Source: an uncultured Woeseiaceae bacterium | Lineage (GTDB): Bacteria; Acidobacteriota; Vicinamibacteria; Vicinamibacterales; UBA823 | Direction of reading: 5' to 3' | Length of the DNA stretch: 64,000 nucleotides | Assembly (NCBI GenBank): GCA_964569695.1 | Contig: CAZMUA010000014.1 | Span: 11,935 to 75,934 of the forward strand | Shown here: positions 1-9,054 of the stretch, one piece after another | How positions within the stretch are numbered: the first letter of the stretch is position 1 | Layout of the letters: every line of letters starts with the position of its first letter | The notes under the pieces: generated by a model | Seen by the model: only the letters and a program-made list of their open reading frames with translations | What the model was told of the DNA's origin: nothing | The model's database searches: none | Position numbers and translations under genes: made by a program

Positions 1-960
1 ACTGCCAAGTCGAAGTATCCGAGTGGCAGCACGTGGGATCCGGCAGCACTGCGCGCTTCTGTCACCAACCCATTCTTGGGTGCGGCAGGCGCGGGTGAGT
101 TCAAGGATCGCGCGACGATCGCAGCTGGTCAGTTGATTCGACCGTTCCCGCAATTCGGCAACATCGGTCGCCTCGAGCAGACAGCCGGCGGAAAGCGTCA
201 GTATCACGCTCTCGTCGTCAAGCTCGACAAGCGGACCGGCGGAAGCTGGTGGGGTGGTCGTGTAAGCTACACACTGAGCAACATGAAGGACAATCAGTGG
301 GGCGAAAGCGTCAGCTTCGCTAGCCGCACCGCGGCCCCGCAGAATGTCTACGACATCGAAAATGGTGAGTATGGTCGCAGCATCATCGACTCGCCGCATC
401 GCTTAATCTTGGCTCCGATCATCCGGATTCCAGGACCTGGCGAAGATAATGCAGCAGCCAACTTCTTACTTGGTGGCTGGTCGATGTCTGCAGTTGTGGA
501 ATTTGTTAGCGGCCCGCCTGTCAACGTTGTGGCAAGTGGCGGTCTTTCAGACTCCAACCTCGGCCTTATGGGTGCACGTCAGCGCCCGAACGTGAGCGGT
601 TCATCGAGCACGTCCGGTAGCGATCTGCAGCGTGTTGCCAGCAAGGGTAACGAGGCAGCTCGGTGGTTCAAGGCAGGATCGTATTCGGATCCTGGAAAGG
701 GTGTCTTCGGAAATGCCCCGCGTGCGGATGGCAGTTCCCGATACCAGTTCCGGAAGAATCTTGACCTCGTGGTCGCAAAGGACACCAGTGTTGGTGCCGG
801 CGCGGTCTTCCAGACAAGATTTGAAATCCTGAACGCGACCGCAACACCGAAGTTCGGTGGCCTTAGCTCAAACTCGTTCAATAGTTCGACCTTTGGTCGA
901 ATTACGCGTCAGAACGGGTTCATGCGCATTTGGCAGATCAGCTTCCGTCTCACCTACTAA
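1..960 (+). CDS. TonB-dependent outer-membrane receptor, C-terminal part (5' end outside window)
   Basis: Frame 1 is open from nt 1 (no stop before the track's TTG at 76) to TAA 958-960. The sequence is Gly/Ser/Asn-rich and beta-strand-like, ending in an aromatic C-terminus (...WQISFRLTY) as in beta-barrel ends. A strong terminator follows. Confidence 0.55.
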   Translation, partial: TAKSKYPSGSTWDPAALRASVTNPFLGAAGAGEFKDRATIAAGQLIRPFPQFGNIGRLEQTAGGKRQYHALVVKLDKRTGGSWWGGRVSYTLSNMKDNQWGESVSFASRTAAPQNVYDIENGEYGRSIIDSPHRLILAPIIRIPGPGEDNAAANFLLGGWSMSAVVEFVSGPPVNVVASGGLSDSNLGLMGARQRPNVSGSSSTSGSDLQRVASKGNEAARWFKAGSYSDPGKGVFGNAPRADGSSRYQFRKNLDLVVAKDTSVGAGAVFQTRFEILNATATPKFGGLSSNSFNSSTFGRITRQNGFMRIWQISFRLTY

Positions 961-988
961 GACGGCAGTTAGTCTGTTTGAACATTGG

Positions 989-1021
989 AAGAGGCGGCCT
1001 TCGGGCCGCCTCTTTTTTTTT
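989..1021 (+). terminator. Rho-independent terminator
   Basis: AAGAGGCGGCC-TTCG-GGCCGCCTCTT is an 11-bp perfect GC-rich stem with a tetraloop. It runs into a T tract reaching nt 1021, 29 nt after the stop at 960. Confidence 0.9.
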
Positions 1022-1090
1022 GTGGTCACCCTCTTTTTTATCTGGCTTCCGGGTGGTTATTGCCAGCGCGGGTCTGAAGGCATACTAGGA

Positions 1091-1128
1091 GTGCTTGACA
1101 GAACGCACTCTGTCGACGATTGTGGAAG
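1091..1128 (+). promoter_or_regulatory. Conserved promoter-like element, copy 1 (contains TTGACA at 1095-1100)
   Basis: GTGCTTGACAGAACGCACTCTGTCGACGATTGTGGAAG is 30/38 identical, ungapped, to 3568-3605. It lies upstream of the receptor gene. Confidence 0.5.
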
Positions 1129-1175
1129 GGAAGTCGTGCGTAGGGCGACATAGTGCCGGTGGGAGTTCCTCTCTC

Positions 1176-3431
1176 TTGATCCAATTCATCATCCGTTGCT
1201 GTCTGCTTGCGATCCTGTCTACCAGTTCGCTGGGCATGGCGACGGCGACGTTTGCGGCTGGACTGGACGGCAAGGTTTTTGACCCAGCTGGTCGTGTGGT
1301 GCCAGGCGCCACGGTGCTCGTGTCTGACTTGAGTATGGTCCGGGCGACGATCTTAACGGATGATCAGGGCCGGTTTGCGTTTACCGATCTACCTCCTGGA
1401 CGTTACGAAGTGCGAGTGGTTCATGCGGGGTTCGGTGCGCCCTTGATCATGGTGAATCTCGTGCGTGACGTTGTGCGGTCGGTGTCAATCGTCTTGCAGG
1501 TGCGTGCAGTTTCTGAATCGATTATTGTGACGGCGGCCGCACTTGAACAGCCCCGGTCGCGTGTCAATGACAGTGTGTCGGTGGTCACGCGCGAGCAGAT
1601 TGCCGCCCGCCAGATCGAGACGGTTGCCGACGCACTCCGCTTGGTGATGCCAGGCCTTAGTGTGACGCGAGCCGGTGGCCGAGGGGGCCTCACCGAATTG
1701 TACGCGCGTGGCGGCGAGTCAGATTTTTCGCTCGTGCTCATCGACGGTGTTCGGGTCAATGGTTTCGGTGGCAGTTATGACTTCGCGCACTTACCGGTCG
1801 GTGACATCGAGCGGATTGAAGTGGTCCGAGGCCCACAGAGCGCCATATACGGGTCGGACGCAATCGGTTCGGTCGTCCAGATCATTACGCGCCAGGGAGG
1901 ACCACCACGCGCAGACGGGATAATCGAGCGAGGTGCCTTCGGCACATCCCGTGTGGGCGTGAACACGGCGGGTACGTTGAATGCCTTCAGTTGGGGTGCG
2001 GCTTTCGAACAGCTCGACAGCGACGGGCAGACCGGCAGGACCCTCGCGTCAGGCGAGACAGTCAGCAATGATGACTACCTACGTCGCGATCTGTCCCTGA
2101 CAGGGCGCTGGCGCGGAACCAAGGGTACTGTGCTCCGCTCCACGTTTCGCTACGGGACCAACGACCGTGGTTTTCCAGGGCCGTGGGGTAGTGACCCTGG
2201 TGGTACTTATTCCGGTGTCGATCCAGTCTCGCGTGGCAACAACAACAACCGGCTTTTCTCAGTCGGTGTCAGTCAGCGGCTGGGTCGACGTATCGACCAG
2301 CGAGTCGATGTCAACCACACGAGGACCAAGAGTCTGTTCAAGAGCCCGTCAGGCGAGTCGAGATCTGAATCCAGTCGTCTGACAGTCCGGGCACGCACCG
2401 ACGCAAGGCTGCGGCCGGGCCTTGTGGTGACTGGTGGCCTCGATTTCCAGCGCGAAGAGGCCGGCAATGCCTTCATCACGGACAGCACGTTCAACGAAAT
2501 ACCGGTCAAGCGCCAGATCCTAGGCTATTTTAGCGAACTCCGGTTCGACCCGACCACACGCCTGTCGATGGCTGGAGGGATCCGTCTTGACCAGATCCGG
2601 CTGAAGGCCTTGGCCGGTGACGGGTTTGGGCGTCCGACGTTTACCGACCGGACAGAGATGTCGGTGAATCCCAAGGTGTCGTTCGGCTGGTATATGCGAC
2701 CGGCGGACGTCACGGACAACTGGAGCCGACTTCGCGTAAGCGCTGGCACGGGCATCCGGCCACCAGGAGCGTTCGAAATCGCGTTCACCGACAACCCCGC
2801 GCTGAAGCCTGAGCGAACTCGGAGCGTGGATGTTGGCTTAGGGCAAGCGCTCGCCTCTGGTCGCATCGTCCTTGAGGCAACCGCGTTCTTCAATCGCTAC
2901 GATGATCTAATTGTTTCGGTAGGTCAGTCGTTCAAGGATGCTAGCCAGTTCCGGACCGATAACCTCGATAACTCCCGAGCGCGTGGACTCGAAGTGGCCG
3001 CCAGTGCGCGCACGGACCAAGGGTTTGAGGTTCGCGCCACCTATACATGGCTTCACACTGAGGTACTCGAGCTCGACGAGACTCTCGGTCAAGCCAAGAC
3101 AGGGTTCAACGTGGGTGACTCGCTCTTACGCCGGCCTCGTCATCAGGGCAGTCTGGAAATCCTGTTCACGCAGTCCCTGCTCACAGTCTTTACCTCTGCC
3201 GGCGCGCGAGGCCGGACACTCGATGTCGACCCGTCGTACGGCACGTTCGGAGGACTGTTCCACAATCCTGGCTATAAGGTAGTTGATTTGGGAGGCAGTC
3301 TCCGAATCTTGGAGGAGCTCGAACTGACGGCTCGCGTGCAGAATTTGTTTAATCGTCACTATGAGGAGGCGTTCGGCTTTCCAGCGCTCGGGCGCAGCTT
3401 CGTCGTAGGAGTCCGGATTGCTACACGTTGA
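1176..3431 (+). CDS. TonB-dependent receptor (plug plus barrel) with N-terminal carboxypeptidase-regulatory-like domain
   Basis: CarbopepD_reg-like segment: GKVFDPAGRVVPGATVLVSD...TDDQGRFAFTDLPPGRYEV. Plug motifs: DSVSVVTREQI...ADALR, IERIEVVRGPQSAIYGSDAIGSVVQIITR. The track start 1095 is the TTG of the conserved TTGACA box. TTG 1176 gives a signal peptide (M)IQFIIRCCLLAILSTSSLGMATATFA and has GGGAG 10 nt upstream. The start remains uncertain (1095, 1176 or 1236). Confidence 0.8.
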   Translation: MIQFIIRCCLLAILSTSSLGMATATFAAGLDGKVFDPAGRVVPGATVLVSDLSMVRATILTDDQGRFAFTDLPPGRYEVRVVHAGFGAPLIMVNLVRDVVRSVSIVLQVRAVSESIIVTAAALEQPRSRVNDSVSVVTREQIAARQIETVADALRLVMPGLSVTRAGGRGGLTELYARGGESDFSLVLIDGVRVNGFGGSYDFAHLPVGDIERIEVVRGPQSAIYGSDAIGSVVQIITRQGGPPRADGIIERGAFGTSRVGVNTAGTLNAFSWGAAFEQLDSDGQTGRTLASGETVSNDDYLRRDLSLTGRWRGTKGTVLRSTFRYGTNDRGFPGPWGSDPGGTYSGVDPVSRGNNNNRLFSVGVSQRLGRRIDQRVDVNHTRTKSLFKSPSGESRSESSRLTVRARTDARLRPGLVVTGGLDFQREEAGNAFITDSTFNEIPVKRQILGYFSELRFDPTTRLSMAGGIRLDQIRLKALAGDGFGRPTFTDRTEMSVNPKVSFGWYMRPADVTDNWSRLRVSAGTGIRPPGAFEIAFTDNPALKPERTRSVDVGLGQALASGRIVLEATAFFNRYDDLIVSVGQSFKDASQFRTDNLDNSRARGLEVAASARTDQGFEVRATYTWLHTEVLELDETLGQAKTGFNVGDSLLRRPRHQGSLEILFTQSLLTVFTSAGARGRTLDVDPSYGTFGGLFHNPGYKVVDLGGSLRILEELELTARVQNLFNRHYEEAFGFPALGRSFVVGVRIATR

Positions 3432-3567
3432 GGCTGTTTTGTTGGCAATCTGTTCGCTCGTGGTGACATCGAGGCAACATGACCGTCTGAGTCCGAGCAT
3501 AGGGCACGCTGAATGACTTTAGCTCCTCTTCCTTCATTACGATTAAGAGTATTTAGGCCTATCAGAA

Positions 3568-3605
3568 GTGCTTGACAGCACGCGCTATCTCGGAGATCGT
3601 GAAAG
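3568..3605 (+). promoter_or_regulatory. Conserved promoter-like element, copy 2 (TTGACA at 3572-3577)
   Basis: GTGCTTGACAGCACGCGCTATCTCGGAGATCGTGAAAG begins 56 nt upstream of ATG 3624. It is 30/38 identical to 1091-1128. Confidence 0.5.
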
Positions 3606-3623
3606 AAGAATATTTAGTAAAAG

Positions 3624-5975
3624 ATGATGCAATATCTGGGATCTGTATACAGCGTCACCAAGGTAATCCTCTGTGTGGTGATCATTTTGGTGATGACACC
3701 TGAAGTTCAGACACAGTCTGCTTCCCAGTCGACCAATCCGTTGTCGGTACCATTTGGCGCACGACAACTGTTTGGCGATCGTGAGCAACTGGATCAAGAC
3801 CTCTGGGCGCCCGAAGTTTTGGCACAACGGTATGAACGACGTTTTGTCGCGCTGTGGGATGCCTTGCTAACCCGAGATGACAAGTTTGCAATCCTCGCCG
3901 CGGTGCCGTTTTCCAAACTCACCATGGGCACCCCTGGGAGATTCGAGACGCTCGGTCTGGGAATTCAGCGGAGCCAGTTTGGCGCGCCGACAGTCGACTT
4001 AGATCCTGCAGCCTGGAAGCGCCTGCTTGACCGGTTTCAGCGTGAGGGATATGTGATCGAACAGACCGAATGGCACCACAGCAAGTTCGAAATGCCCCAG
4101 AACGAACGTCCTGCCTCTTCTGAAGTCGTAAGTGTGATTCATGCAACCCGTGCCGATCCGGCCCACCGTGTGATGCTCCGAGCGGTACTTCGAGTGGAGT
4201 GGTCGCCTCGCGTTGATGCCGAAGATCTGCCGATTCCAGATCGCATTGTGATCAAGGACGTTGAAATGCTGGAACGGCACGCGCCGGCGGCCTTTCAGGA
4301 AGTTTTCACGGTAGAACGAACACAGACGCGGTATCCACTCGGTCCCCTACTCGTACAGGATCTTGATGGGGATGGGCTCTCAGAGATTATCCTTGGCGGA
4401 TTTAACCAGACGTTGTGGAATCGTGGAAACGGTCAATTTGCGGCGGAACCGTTTCTGGCTGATGACCAACACATCTTCTCCGATGCTGGCATTCTGGCTG
4501 ACTTTACGAATGATGGGTATGTCGACTTCGTTGCGGTAAATACCAGTATGCACCCGTTTCTTTTTGAGGGCAGCGCCGAGGGACAGTTCGTAAAGAAGGG
4601 AACCCAGATTTCTGAGGCGACCTTTGAACAGCCTAGGTCACTGACGGCTGGCGATATTGACGCCGATGGGGATCTCGATCTCTTCATTGCGAACTACAAG
4701 AGCGCCTATATTGGGGGCCAGATGCCCAGTCCATACTACGACGCCAACGATGGTTTTCCAGCGGCACTCTTGCGCAACGACGGCGATGGTTCGTTCACGG
4801 ATGTCACCGACGCGGCAGGGCTCGGACGCAAGCGGTTCCGACGGACCTATAGCAGCTCTTTTGTCGATCTCGACGAGGATCGCGATATGGATTTACTGGT
4901 TGTCAGCGATTTCGCCGGCTTCGATATGTATCTGAATGATGGGCACGGGCATTTCACGGATGTCACTGAGGTATTCGGTCGTGATCGCCACATGTTTGGC
5001 ATGTCCCATACGTTCGGGGATTATGATCTTGATGGGGATCTGGATTTTTATGTAACTGGAATGAGTTCAACGACCGCCCGGCGGCTTGAAAGTTTGGGCC
5101 TTGGGCGAAACGACAAGCCGGAACACAACGCATTGCGCCAGGCGATGGGATATGGCAATCGGATGTTCCTGCGAAACGGGAATGGGTTCGAGCCAGCGTC
5201 ATTTAATGCCGATGTTGCCCGCACCGGCTGGTCGTGGGGAACGTCATCGTTCGATTTTGACAATGATGGTGATAAGGACATCTTCGTTGCTAATGGGCAT
5301 ATTAGCGGGGGGAGTACTCAGGACTACTGCACCACCTTCTGGCGTCACGATATCTATACGGATGATTCCCAGGATAATGCTGCGCGCGAAAATATGTTTC
5401 AATTTGTCATGACCCCACTCCAGGAAACTGAAATCTCCTGGAACGGTTATGAGCACAAGGTCTTATTAATGAATCACGGCGGTACCGGGTTTACGAACGT
5501 TGCGTATCTGTTGGGTGCAGGCTTTGAGTACGACGGGCGCGCTGTGGTAACCGAAGACTTGGATGCAGATGGTCGTGTGGACCTCCTGGTGCTCGAATTT
5601 AAGTCGGGTGGTGGTGCTGGAGATCAGAACGACCAGATTCTCCATGTCTACCAGAATCGGCTCATGGAAGCTGGCAATTGGGTCGGGGTACGCTTGGACC
5701 AGGCTCGCTCAAACCGGTCGCCGATTGGAGCGACCGTGACTGTGGTGACGGCTACAGGGTCCCAAATGACTCGTTTCGTCACCGGCGATTCGTTTTCTGC
5801 GCAACACTCGGCAACGGCACACTTTGGCCTTGGCGACCTCACTGCCATTGACTCAATTGAAATCCAATGGGCCGATGGCACGCATCAGCGCATTGAGGAC
5901 CCTGCGATTAATCAATACCTGGCCATTCCTCGATCTGACGACCGAACCACTCAAGAGGATGAGCTCTTTCGCTAA
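3624..5975 (+). CDS. CRTAC1 family protein (FG-GAP/VCBS repeats plus ASPIC/UnbV C-terminal domain), N-terminal signal anchor
   Basis: Repeated DxDGDGxxD-type FG-GAP calcium motifs: DLDGDGLSEI, DIDADGDLDLF, DYDLDGDLDFYV, DFDNDGDKDIFV, DLDADGRVDLLV. UnbV_ASPIC-like tail: GATVTVVTATGSQMTRFVTGDSFSAQHSATAHFGLGD...IEIQWADG. Confidence 0.8.
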   Translation: MMQYLGSVYSVTKVILCVVIILVMTPEVQTQSASQSTNPLSVPFGARQLFGDREQLDQDLWAPEVLAQRYERRFVALWDALLTRDDKFAILAAVPFSKLTMGTPGRFETLGLGIQRSQFGAPTVDLDPAAWKRLLDRFQREGYVIEQTEWHHSKFEMPQNERPASSEVVSVIHATRADPAHRVMLRAVLRVEWSPRVDAEDLPIPDRIVIKDVEMLERHAPAAFQEVFTVERTQTRYPLGPLLVQDLDGDGLSEIILGGFNQTLWNRGNGQFAAEPFLADDQHIFSDAGILADFTNDGYVDFVAVNTSMHPFLFEGSAEGQFVKKGTQISEATFEQPRSLTAGDIDADGDLDLFIANYKSAYIGGQMPSPYYDANDGFPAALLRNDGDGSFTDVTDAAGLGRKRFRRTYSSSFVDLDEDRDMDLLVVSDFAGFDMYLNDGHGHFTDVTEVFGRDRHMFGMSHTFGDYDLDGDLDFYVTGMSSTTARRLESLGLGRNDKPEHNALRQAMGYGNRMFLRNGNGFEPASFNADVARTGWSWGTSSFDFDNDGDKDIFVANGHISGGSTQDYCTTFWRHDIYTDDSQDNAARENMFQFVMTPLQETEISWNGYEHKVLLMNHGGTGFTNVAYLLGAGFEYDGRAVVTEDLDADGRVDLLVLEFKSGGGAGDQNDQILHVYQNRLMEAGNWVGVRLDQARSNRSPIGATVTVVTATGSQMTRFVTGDSFSAQHSATAHFGLGDLTAIDSIEIQWADGTHQRIEDPAINQYLAIPRSDDRTTQEDELFR

Positions 5976-7618
5976 GGCACGTTGAGTGCCTCAAGCTGAG
6001 CTTCGTAGTATCGGGCCGTCGCAACGTCATTGATTCCGTGATAGTAATCGGCGAGGTTCTGGTAGGCCGGCACAAAGTAGGGATTAAGTTCGAGCGTGCT
6101 CTTCCAGTGGGGCACCGCGTCAGCGATGTGGCCAACCAGTTTATTGTACAAACCGAGATTGAAATGGGCCTCGGCGTTTTCAGGGTTAACCCGCACTTCT
6201 TCCAAGAATCGTGCTTTCGCCGACGCGGAGTCCCCTTTCGCCATCAAGACGACACCGAGGTTGTTATTAGCTTTCGGTGTTGCAGGATCGAGTGAGAGCG
6301 CTCGACGATAATGAAGTTCTGCCTGACCTGGACGGCCGCGTTCTTCTTCCATCTGACCAAGATTGACGAGCGCAATTGGTGCGTATGGACTGTCGTTCGC
6401 GGCGCTTGCCCAGTATGTAAATCGATCGGTAAAAACCGCTGAATGTCGGACAGTCTGCACGGCGAACAGAGCCAATAAGATGACGGCTACGATGTGCTGA
6501 CGGCGTGCCGTGTGTTCCGCTATCCTGATCTGGGACAGGCCAATGCACAGGCCGAGCAGGGGGACGTAGGCGCGATGTTCGTAGATTGGCATTTCTTCGA
6601 CCAGCAAGGTGGGCAGCAAAAACAGGAGGAACCATCCCCAGACAAACACCTGTCGACGTGGTGTCAGCACGCGACCAAATATGGTGGCACCGATACCAAG
6701 GGCCAACACCCCTAGCATCAGTCCAGTGACGTCCACCGATGGCATGATGCTGAGACGAATGGGTGCGACAACTTTCCCGGTATGGACTAAGAGGTCGGGA
6801 AGATTCACGAACAGCGTCTGGCTCAATGACCTGATTGTTGTGACTTCAAACACCTCACCACCTGAGAGGGCCTGTTGTCGCAGGCCGTACCAGCCAAGCA
6901 GAATCACCCCATAGCCCAGGAGCAAGCTGCGATGCCGCAGATAAAAACTGGATTGTCCAATCCACAACCAGGCGAATAAGACGAATAGTGGGAGCATCAT
7001 GATCGCGGATTCTTTCGTGAACAGCGCCAGGGCGAATGCGATAAGGTGACCCCAGAGAGCAGTCGTGGCATTGGTTCGACTGAACCGGATCAGACTGAGC
7101 ATGGATGTGAGGACCCACACTGCGAGGAGGAGATCGTTTCGTCCAACGATCCAACAAACAGCCTGCACGTTTACGGGGTGGACAGCGAACAACAGCGCAC
7201 ACGCTCCGGCCACTCGCCGATCGGCCTGCATTGCGATCAGCAGACTGTAAAGGAGGAACACAACCAGTGCATGCATGGCCACGTTGGTCACGTGATACAC
7301 CGTGGCTGCACCACTACCGAGTTGAGTGTCCAGGATCAACGAAGAAATAACTAAGGGTCGATAGTAAGTTTTTTGGTCGTTAAGTTCGCCATCGACTTCA
7401 AAATAGCTGCGCGTGAAGGTGTTTGGAATATTCCCTAACTGACTGATAAATAAGCGGTTCTTGAGAATGAGGTCCGCGTCGTCTGCCTGCACGTAATCAT
7501 ACTGGGCACTCTGGCCGTAGACCAGCAGCGGTACAAGCACAACGAAGAGGAGGAGGCCGTGGCCAGTGGACGTTGCTTGGTCTCTGCCACGCACCCGCTT
7601 TCGATTGTTCACGCTCAC
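5972..7618 (-). CDS. Polytopic membrane protein with C-terminal TPR repeats (TMTC/PMT-like GT-C architecture)
   Basis: GTG start. About 400 aa contain many hydrophobic segments, followed by TPR units (AELHYRRALSLDPATPKANNNLGVVL..., AEAHFNLGLYNKLVGH..., VPAYQNLADYY). Its stop codon overlaps the stop of the convergent CRTAC1 gene. Confidence 0.65.
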   Translation of the reverse strand: MSVNNRKRVRGRDQATSTGHGLLLFVVLVPLLVYGQSAQYDYVQADDADLILKNRLFISQLGNIPNTFTRSYFEVDGELNDQKTYYRPLVISSLILDTQLGSGAATVYHVTNVAMHALVVFLLYSLLIAMQADRRVAGACALLFAVHPVNVQAVCWIVGRNDLLLAVWVLTSMLSLIRFSRTNATTALWGHLIAFALALFTKESAIMMLPLFVLFAWLWIGQSSFYLRHRSLLLGYGVILLGWYGLRQQALSGGEVFEVTTIRSLSQTLFVNLPDLLVHTGKVVAPIRLSIMPSVDVTGLMLGVLALGIGATIFGRVLTPRRQVFVWGWFLLFLLPTLLVEEMPIYEHRAYVPLLGLCIGLSQIRIAEHTARRQHIVAVILLALFAVQTVRHSAVFTDRFTYWASAANDSPYAPIALVNLGQMEEERGRPGQAELHYRRALSLDPATPKANNNLGVVLMAKGDSASAKARFLEEVRVNPENAEAHFNLGLYNKLVGHIADAVPHWKSTLELNPYFVPAYQNLADYYHGINDVATARYYEAQLEALNVP

Positions 7619-7701
7619 ACTGCCGTGATTCTAACGTAATAACTGTCAGTTGGCACTTACCCAACAGTCCACAAGGCATGTGCTACCGCAAACTGTAGGT
7701 T

Positions 7702-8559
7702 TTAATATGGTAAAGCGCTTGGCTGGTCACGGGGCTTATCCATTGGCCAGACACTGAAGCCAACTAGACTTGCATTCACCTTAAACTCCGCAACTACGGT
7801 TCGCCCGCCACCTTCCGTCAGCCACTCGAACAGATGTTTTGTCCGTTCTCGTGATTCTTGATGCGGGGCTTCGGTATTCATGATGACTGCATACGTGTTC
7901 AAGAGTTGCGGTCCGCCTTGAAACACGGGCTGCAGATCCAGCGCATCTTGTGCGCGGGCAAACGTCGAATCGTCCGTTAGCATATAGGCGTCTATCTCGC
8001 TTGCTATACGCAGACTGCGACCTTGGCCCTGTCCCGTAATAACCAGTTGATCTGCAGACGGAGTCACACCGGCTAGCATGAACAATTGCTGCTCGCGGGT
8101 GTGGGTGCCGGATTCGTCACCTCGTGAAACGAAACGGGCTTCGTGCTGAACGATTTGCTGTATTGCAGCTTCAAGGGACGGCGCAGCCAGGACGTTTGCT
8201 GGATCGTCGAGTGGTCCAACCAGCAAAAATTGGTTGTACATTAGTTTCTTGTATGACCACTCGGGGTGCTTCGCGAGAAAGCTTGCTTCCATGGCTGGCG
8301 CATGACTAATCACTAGGTCGGCTTGCTCACGATCCAACATCTGCAGAGCAAGGCCACTACCTACGAGATGGCCATCTATCCGCGTACCAGATATCTGCTC
8401 AAAGGCGGGTAACAGCACCTCAAGCAGGCCACTGTTGCTGACACTTGTGCTGGTAGCTAGGATGACAAGCTGAGTCTCACTTTGTGTCGTGCAAGCAGCA
8501 CTAGTGACTGTGAGTCCACACACTAACGAATAGATAAAGTGATGTTTGAGCCTCTTCAC
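7702..8559 (-). CDS. Periplasmic oxyanion-binding lipoprotein, TupA/PBP_like_2 (tungstate-binding) family
   Basis: VILATSTSVSNSGLLEVLLPAFEQ...VGSGLALQ...DLVISHAP...MYNQFLLVGPLDDPA matches the TupA pattern (TTTS..SGL...F...GTG.AL...H...MYN.F..GP.DPA). GTG 8559 is preceded by AGGAA and gives a lipoprotein-like leader (V)KRLKHHFIYSLVCGLTVTSAAC. The track's longer start (8628) would overlap sufT. Confidence 0.6.
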   Translation of the reverse strand: MKRLKHHFIYSLVCGLTVTSAACTTQSETQLVILATSTSVSNSGLLEVLLPAFEQISGTRIDGHLVGSGLALQMLDREQADLVISHAPAMEASFLAKHPEWSYKKLMYNQFLLVGPLDDPANVLAAPSLEAAIQQIVQHEARFVSRGDESGTHTREQQLFMLAGVTPSADQLVITGQGQGRSLRIASEIDAYMLTDDSTFARAQDALDLQPVFQGGPQLLNTYAVIMNTEAPHQESRERTKHLFEWLTEGGGRTVVAEFKVNASLVGFSVWPMDKPRDQPSALPY

Positions 8560-8573
8560 GTTTCCTACGGTTC

Positions 8574-9035
8574 TTAGAGAAGTCCGAGTTGGAGCTTGGC
8601 AGCATCCGACATCTTTGTTTGATCCCAAGGTGGTTCCCAGACAACTTCAACTGTGGCATCAGTGACATCAGTCACTTCCTTCACCGCGGTGGTGACTTGA
8701 GCGGGTAACACTTGAGCCGCCGGACAATTCGGTGCTGTGAGCGTCATCTGCACCTTAATTGCCGCATCAGCGTTGATCCGGATGTCGTAAATCAATCCAA
8801 GTTCATAGATATTGACGGGAATTTCTGGATCGTACACTTTCGAGATAGCTTCAATGATGCGCGGCTTTAACTTGAGGGTCATTAAAGGATCGTCGCTGGC
8901 CGGTTGAGGTGGCTCCGGTGATGGGGGATTCTGAGTTGGTTCCACGGTCACGGCATCGGAAGGCACTGCTGTTTCTGGCGAATCGGGTTGTTCCGCATTG
9001 AGCATCGAATCGGAATTGAGATTTAAGATCCCCAT
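8574..9035 (-). CDS. sufT: Fe-S assembly protein SufT (DUF59/MIP18 family) with Pro/Glu/Ser-rich N-terminal extension
   Basis: The DUF59 core is YDPEIPVNIYELGLIYDI...MTLTAPNCPAAQ. It is the last canonical gene of the suf operon. Confidence 0.8.
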   Translation of the reverse strand: MGILNLNSDSMLNAEQPDSPETAVPSDAVTVEPTQNPPSPEPPQPASDDPLMTLKLKPRIIEAISKVYDPEIPVNIYELGLIYDIRINADAAIKVQMTLTAPNCPAAQVLPAQVTTAVKEVTDVTDATVEVVWEPPWDQTKMSDAAKLQLGLL

Positions 9036-9054
9036 CGTTCATACACCCCTGTTG

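Noticed and set aside
1095-1175. ORF-track N-terminal extension of the TonB-dependent receptor starting at TTG 1095
   Set aside because: That TTG is the first half of the conserved TTGACA box, which is shared with the 3568-3605 element. The encoded 27 residues are not signal-peptide-like. TTG 1176 gives a proper signal peptide and RBS.
1022-1175. Cobalamin riboswitch upstream of the BtuB-like receptor
   Set aside because: I looked for a B12-box-like GCCACTG core and the surrounding paired regions. I did not see them, and the region is too short.
8560-8628. Longer start of the TupA-like ORF, overlapping sufT by 55 nt
   Set aside because: The extension is Cys/Arg-rich nonsense-like sequence. 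GTG 8559 has an RBS and yields a lipoprotein leader.
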